From a virus, in IMG/VR virus record IMGVR_UViG_3300034110_001237, positions 32,001 to 96,000 of that record: DNA of 64,000 nucleotides. One strand, 5' to 3'. The notes under the pieces were generated by a model that was not told the DNA's origin, searched no databases, and worked only from the letters and a program-made list of their open reading frames with translations. Of this stretch, positions 59,132 through 64,000 are shown piece after piece. The position numbers were made by a program, and so were the translations under genes. Position 1 is the stretch's first letter; the number at the start of each line of letters is the position of its first letter.

Positions 59132-59692
59132 ATGATTAAAAATATAGACTTGTCTTTGGATTTAAAGGAATTTTTAATATATGTTGAGTCATTGAATATT
59201 GGTATGGAGCCTATTCATTACTATTATTTAATTGACGTTGATTACAAAAAAAGACTATGTTCAGTCACTGAAAATGGTGAAACAAAATTTTTGATAGGTA
59301 TTGATAAAATACAGTATCTACGAGAAATTTTAAAACCACTAATGAATGATAAAAACGTCAATCAACTTATTTATATACTTTCAATAGCTCAATTTTACAG
59401 CTATTTATTTTATGATGATTATTTCAATGGTTTAGTTGATTTCTCTTATGTGGATAAATATGCATCTGATTATTTACAGTTTTCAGTCGGTGTTTTAAAT
59501 TTTAATATTTTTGACAATAATATACAAGTTTATAATTGTGGTGACGATTATATATTTGAGTCATTTACTATTGAAGATACATATAATTTTTTCTTAAATT
59601 ATATTCAACAAAAAATAATTGACAATTTACACGCTGATAGGGAACAGATAAGTAACAAAAATATTTTGCTTCTTGAAATGCTGAAAATTTAA
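59132..59692 (+). CDS. C-terminal DMxxI-tag family protein
   Basis: Ends LLEMLKI. Confidence 0.8.
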   Translation: MIKNIDLSLDLKEFLIYVESLNIGMEPIHYYYLIDVDYKKRLCSVTENGETKFLIGIDKIQYLREILKPLMNDKNVNQLIYILSIAQFYSYLFYDDYFNGLVDFSYVDKYASDYLQFSVGVLNFNIFDNNIQVYNCGDDYIFESFTIEDTYNFFLNYIQQKIIDNLHADREQISNKNILLLEMLKI

Positions 59693-59776
59693 ATCCCTAG
59701 CGTTCCTTCCATTTCTTCATTGCCTTGTTTTTACTCTTATGCTATAATAAGGCATCATTTTTTAGAGCATTCACTT

Positions 59777-60154
59777 ATGCAACCAAAGCCAGAATGGACA
59801 ACCTCACAAATCAATGCGAACATAGCCCTTCGCAACCGTCTTTATGTTTCCGGTTTTCTATTATCCGGTGTCCTGAAAGATATTCGTGCTGGTCATGCTA
59901 ATGGTGTTGTGAACCTTCATTACGAAGATGACATTCCAGTGGGTGTTATTGTTCATGTGACCGATGGCACACTAACTGATGATTTGTCTTGTTATTACGA
60001 CTTGATGGTTTTTGTCCGTAAGGCACATCGGAAGAAGGGTATTGGTAAAAAATTAGTGAATGAATTGAACGTGTCTACTCGTTTAAAAGTGGGCCGTGGA
60101 TCTCGATATAGTCAAAATTTTTGGAGTTCATTGGGGTTTAACACTTATGGCTAA
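59777..60154 (+). CDS. GNAT family acetyltransferase
   Basis: FVRKAHRKKGIG motif A and FW..LGF motif B. Confidence 0.75.
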   Translation: MQPKPEWTTSQINANIALRNRLYVSGFLLSGVLKDIRAGHANGVVNLHYEDDIPVGVIVHVTDGTLTDDLSCYYDLMVFVRKAHRKKGIGKKLVNELNVSTRLKVGRGSRYSQNFWSSLGFNTYG

Positions 60155-60689
60155 TCATCATACGAAAAAGAAAATTGTAACGCTGGTTGTTGACAGCTTT
60201 CATACTGTTTTTAAAAACAATCACCTAAATGGACTGGGTTTTCATGAAGATTTTGAGCCGATGAAAGAGGTTTGTGCATTTTTCAATGGCACCCCTGTTG
60301 GAGCATACGGTTGCTTTAAATTTGAGTTGGATGGACACACCGTTTTTGTTTATAACACATATGGTGATGAAGACAACGAAAGACATGACGCCGAAGACAT
60401 GGTGAACATTGCCAGTATGGGTTTTTGTTTTTACTTTGATAAATACTTTTATTGTTTTGATATGGACTCTGGTGGTTACATTATACTTTTCAACAAAACA
60501 GTAAAGCCTGCTAAAATCGATCCTGATTTTTTTAGTGGTAAGCGACCTTTCTATCATTATAATGATCAAGGATTCTTGTCGATGCAAGGTTTTTATGAAA
60601 GCCTTAAATTTCCAGAACATCTAGAAGCTCATAAATGGACAAGTGGTCCAAGAACTCGATTTGAGCTTGAAGAATATACCTTATTATGA
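60147..60689 (+). CDS. hypothetical protein
   Basis: ATG overlapping the upstream gene end. Confidence 0.75.
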   Translation: MANHHTKKKIVTLVVDSFHTVFKNNHLNGLGFHEDFEPMKEVCAFFNGTPVGAYGCFKFELDGHTVFVYNTYGDEDNERHDAEDMVNIASMGFCFYFDKYFYCFDMDSGGYIILFNKTVKPAKIDPDFFSGKRPFYHYNDQGFLSMQGFYESLKFPEHLEAHKWTSGPRTRFELEEYTLL

Positions 60690-60742
60690 TACTATTGTTT
60701 AAAATGTGAAACACCCACTCATGCATACAAATAGGTGAATTT

Positions 60743-61048
60743 ATGACTACTCATTATCTTTCCATCTACAATCGTGAAACCACTACGTTGAACTATTCCG
60801 GGTTCAAAGACCCTACTGCAAGCTTGCTTAAAGTACAAGGCGAACTTTCCCCTGCGGTCATTGCAGCAGCTAAATTTATTGTAACTGATGGTGTTCTTGT
60901 TAAAATTAACGAAGGTGGCCGTTACCCTAAATGTGGTGTTGGTGAAACACTGACTGATGAACAGATTCATCACCTGCAATCCAACTATGAAAAAACCACC
61001 ACTCAATATTTGAACACATCCGATAAGATTGAGGCTATCTTGGCATGA
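60743..61048 (+). CDS. hypothetical protein
   Basis: AGGTG RBS. Confidence 0.8.
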   Translation: MTTHYLSIYNRETTTLNYSGFKDPTASLLKVQGELSPAVIAAAKFIVTDGVLVKINEGGRYPKCGVGETLTDEQIHHLQSNYEKTTTQYLNTSDKIEAILA

Positions 61049-61476
61049 ATACAAAACTCATGAAAGAAGAAGTTCAACTCTATAAGCCGAAGTATCGAAA
61101 TAGAACTCATGCTCGCATGGACTTTTCTGATTGGCAAAAAGAACTCAATCGTAAAATCCGTCAACAAATGCCACCAGAACTTTGCTTTCGTGTGGCTGTT
61201 CGTGAACACTTCTTGGATCGCCTAATTGACCGAGAAGCTGATCCTCGACACATCAAGAAGTTGATTGAAGATACGATTCAGAAGAAAATGTGCGAAATTC
61301 TCTTTTTTGGTGCATTAAATAAAGATTTTCCACGCATGGTTTTTACGGATACCATTCACCATGTTATGTCAACTTGGTCAAATCATGACCGTTGCATTGT
61401 ATTACGTTCTTATTTCTTGAACAGTGATCGTCTGGTGGGTCAGAATCCTGAGTTTACATTAAATCCCCATCAATAA
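61045..61476 (+). CDS. hypothetical basic protein
   Basis: ATGA overlap; HFLDRLIDR motif. Confidence 0.8.
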   Translation: MNTKLMKEEVQLYKPKYRNRTHARMDFSDWQKELNRKIRQQMPPELCFRVAVREHFLDRLIDREADPRHIKKLIEDTIQKKMCEILFFGALNKDFPRMVFTDTIHHVMSTWSNHDRCIVLRSYFLNSDRLVGQNPEFTLNPHQ

Positions 61477-61542
61477 ATATTTTCGTTGCATAATTGTTTT
61501 TTTGCTGTTATAATCTCGAAATCATATTATTGGAGATCAACC

Positions 61543-61935
61543 ATGTTTAAAGAAATGTCTCAACAAACTCAAGAACTTATTGTGGAATCACTGAACAGTG
61601 TTGTTACTAAACTTACTTGTTTTAATGGTGAAATTGCTATTCTCATGCAAGACGCGGCTGAACCCTATCAGAGTATCAATGATGCGGTGACTGACAAACT
61701 TGAAAACGTTGCTGAACTGTTTACCGAAGACGGTCATGTGATTGATGAAGTAGATGCTTATGCAAAAATGGTTGTTCTTAAAGCCCTTAATGATCGTATT
61801 AAGGAACTTGAAACTTCGCTGACCTATTTTATTCAATTTGGCGAGGCATTGCCTATTGAAGATGTGGTTTTTGCTTATGAATCCAAAATCAAAGCCCTGT
61901 ATGGTGCTCAAATGGAATTCTTGACCGCTGTTTAA
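61543..61935 (+). CDS. hypothetical acidic helical protein
   Basis: ATG after GGAG; TGTTATAAT upstream. Confidence 0.85.
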   Translation: MFKEMSQQTQELIVESLNSVVTKLTCFNGEIAILMQDAAEPYQSINDAVTDKLENVAELFTEDGHVIDEVDAYAKMVVLKALNDRIKELETSLTYFIQFGEALPIEDVVFAYESKIKALYGAQMEFLTAV

Positions 61936-62041
61936 GCTGTATTAGTGATTTAATAAAGCCATCCTTGTGATGGTTTTTTTATTGAAATTTTTTGTTGTTT
62001 GTATTATAATATACATCTCAATTCTAACATGAGTAAATAAA

Positions 62042-62482
62042 ATGTCTAATTTTAATGTAGGTGATGTTGTCGTTGACTTAACCAATATGGACAAATGGCG
62101 AGATCCGAAAGAATTTAAGTCGGAATTCTTTCTCTATGAATTCAATAAAAAAGTTTTGATGACGGACGAAACAAGCTTCATTATCAAATCAAATCATGAA
62201 CGTTATAATAATCCTGTTTTCTTGCCTGATCATGAGCTATTTTCTCAATCTACCGGATTGAATGAAGATAAGTCCCGAGTTCTTTTCAACTTGACTCCAC
62301 ACATGGCTGGTCTTGGTGCAGTCCTTCGAAAACAAAAGACACCAGAAGAATACGCTCGCTTAAAATCACCTCTTGCAATGGATGATGATGAAGACTTTAA
62401 TCATTTTGTTAGGTCTTTAAAAGATGCCTTCTTGACTTATTTTGATAACATCCATGAAGAAATCAAGCCACAAATTGCTTGA
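62042..62482 (+). CDS. hypothetical protein
   Basis: 146 aa behind a TTGAAA...TATAAT promoter. Confidence 0.8.
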   Translation: MSNFNVGDVVVDLTNMDKWRDPKEFKSEFFLYEFNKKVLMTDETSFIIKSNHERYNNPVFLPDHELFSQSTGLNEDKSRVLFNLTPHMAGLGAVLRKQKTPEEYARLKSPLAMDDDEDFNHFVRSLKDAFLTYFDNIHEEIKPQIA

Positions 62483-62533
62483 TGTTTTTGGTGTTTTTTG
62501 ATAAAATAGTTTCATAAATTAATCACATATTAG

Positions 62534-62803
62534 GTGGCAGTCATGTCTGAACGTGTAATCACTATTAAAAAAGTAGGTACTGTCAATAATGTTATGTATC
62601 GAGATGTTCTTGTTGGATCATTTGAAGATGGAGATACAGAAACTCTTGCCATGATTATTGATCGAGCTATTGACGTTTCTATCGAACGAAGGGCACCCAG
62701 TTTAAAAGACGCTTTTGAGCGAACTATTGATCTGGCGTATGATATGGGGCGAAAAGGTCAAAATATCAATACGGCTAAACAACTTATTTTGTTGGCTTGC
62801 TAA
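62534..62803 (+). CDS. hypothetical protein (possible paralog of the next gene)
   Basis: V.Y....vG..EDGD motif shared with 62841-63104; start may be ATG 62543. Confidence 0.75.
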   Translation: MAVMSERVITIKKVGTVNNVMYRDVLVGSFEDGDTETLAMIIDRAIDVSIERRAPSLKDAFERTIDLAYDMGRKGQNINTAKQLILLAC

Positions 62804-62840
62804 ACAAAACTTCAGCTTTCTACTATTTTCGAGGCTTGTG

Positions 62841-63104
62841 ATGAACGATATCACCATTACACATTTGCCTATGCAACAAGTCAGCAGTGTCGCCTACAAA
62901 GGAAAATTCATTGGTCTGGCCGAGGATGGTGATTCCGCCAAAATGCAGCGGTTGGTTAATGAAGCGATGGAGCTTCATGATAAAGCTGAAAAAGAAAACT
63001 GGATTAAAGCAATGGTCAAAGTCTCTCGACTTGTATATAATCTTGACAATGATGAGGTTTCGGAATCTCGTATGATCGAAATTATTAAGGAGCAGTTCAA
63101 ATGA
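62841..63104 (+). CDS. hypothetical protein
   Basis: ATG after GAGG; VAYKGKFIGLAEDGD. Confidence 0.75.
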   Translation: MNDITITHLPMQQVSSVAYKGKFIGLAEDGDSAKMQRLVNEAMELHDKAEKENWIKAMVKVSRLVYNLDNDEVSESRMIEIIKEQFK

Positions 63105-63574
63105 AATATCTTTCTTTGTCCAAAGACATTGGAGCGGTAGCGGTTGCTCTTGGTGTTTCAAGTTATAAAATCAAAGATACCATTTTTGATGTATTCCAAT
63201 CTATGGAGATTAAATACTCAAATTTTTCTGATTGGTATGACAAGATTTTTGTCGAAGTATTGATGGATAATGTGCGTCGGGATATTGTTTTGGCTGTTGA
63301 TGGCACTACCATTGCGGCTATCTTGATTTTGAAAGATATGGATGGTGAGAAGAAAGTATGCAATATTGTGGTACTTCCAGCTTACCGTAAACAAGGTATT
63401 GCCAACGAATTGTTTGAAATTGCATTTGAATATCTTGGCACTCGTAAACCTATGCTTTCAATGTCACAAGACTTGGTACCTAGCTTTTCTGGCATTATTC
63501 GTAAATTTAAATTTAAGCTTACTAATATTGATCAAGCTTACAATACAGATAAAGCAGAATTTTATTATAATTGA
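63101..63574 (+). CDS. GNAT family acetyltransferase
   Basis: VVLPAYRKQGIA motif A. Confidence 0.8.
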   Translation: MKYLSLSKDIGAVAVALGVSSYKIKDTIFDVFQSMEIKYSNFSDWYDKIFVEVLMDNVRRDIVLAVDGTTIAAILILKDMDGEKKVCNIVVLPAYRKQGIANELFEIAFEYLGTRKPMLSMSQDLVPSFSGIIRKFKFKLTNIDQAYNTDKAEFYYN

Positions 63575-63583
63575 AAAAAAGTA

Positions 63584-63612
63584 TTGACTTATAGACTTAA
63601 TTCTCTTATAAT
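63584..63612 (+). promoter_or_regulatory. sigma70-type promoter for tRNA-Leu
   Basis: TTGACT-17nt-TATAAT with upstream A tract. Confidence 0.8.
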
Positions 63613-63622
63613 TGTCAGCATT

Positions 63623-63706
63623 GCGGAAGTGATGAAATGGTAGACGTTCTGGTCTTAGAAGCCAGTGCCGAGAGGCGTGTGGGTTCGAGTCCCACCTTCC
63701 GCACCA
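63623..63706 (+). tRNA. tRNA-Leu(TAG)
   Basis: Acceptor GCGGAAG/CTTCCGC, anticodon loop CTTAGAA, long variable arm, T loop TTCGAGT, A73, CCA. Confidence 0.95.
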
Positions 63707-63779
63707 TTTTAATACAGGCTCACATTTGTGGGTCTTTTTTTTAACTTTTTGTCAGTGTGATCGATGATGGGAGTGTTAT

Positions 63780-63989
63780 GTGAAAGAAAATCTTGATGTC
63801 TCCAAATCAAAAAGAAATTTATTCATTGTTGTGGGTCTTGTTTCTTTTTTGGCTCTCTTTCTTGGCATGGAGTTATCCCGATTTTTTCATAACTATTTTG
63901 ATCGTCAGTCTTCTATTCACAACACAACCTCTGATAAAACCCAAGGCATGGTTAAATCATTCTTTGCTCAACAAGGAAGCAGACAATGA
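63780..63989 (+). CDS. single-pass membrane protein
   Basis: GTG start after GGGAG; one TM segment. Confidence 0.6.
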   Translation: MKENLDVSKSKRNLFIVVGLVSFLALFLGMELSRFFHNYFDRQSSIHNTTSDKTQGMVKSFFAQQGSRQ

Positions 63990-64000
63990 CTCTTCCTGTC

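Noticed and set aside
61045-61476. RelE/BrnT-like ribonuclease from the HFLDRLIDR motif
   Set aside because: The motif is too short to support the call without a profile search.
1-64000. Genome-wide TAG recoding, CRISPR array, integrase or transposase
   Set aside because: Genes are intact under code 11; no regularly spaced repeats or recombinase/transposase motifs were seen.

Overview
AT-rich, gene-dense segment that looks like the accessory/early region of a large (jumbo-type) lytic dsDNA bacteriophage. This is an inference: no capsid, terminase or replicative polymerase gene lies in the window. It holds about 115 mostly short ORFs, mainly on the + strand, many with their own sigma70-type promoter (often TGnTATAAT) and intrinsic terminator. 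Recognisable genes: two RNA ligases (T4 Rnl1-like and DRB0094-like), signal peptidase I, a zinc-dependent deaminase, a SAM methyltransferase, three GNATs, a KTSC protein, a DUF1643 protein, a HEXXH protein, a pilin-like protein, tRNA-Arg(CCG) and tRNA-Leu(TAG). Main unexplained signals: (1) a promoter-driven structured RNA of about 355 nt (16171-16525) that rebuilds the 23S rRNA GTPase-associated/uL11-binding domain (H43-H44) with compensatory base changes and a 256-nt insertion, co-transcribed with a short-D-arm amber (CUA) tRNA carrying G3:U70; (2) 16 divergent proteins of about 190-310 aa, in several subfamilies, that share a C-terminal tag (hydrophobic-x-[DEKR]-M-x-x-[ICF]-stop); (3) two paralogous membrane proteins ending in beta-clamp-binding-like motifs; (4) a pair of unannotated ~40-aa paralogous peptides behind strong promoters. 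All assignments are from reading motifs by eye; no searches were run.
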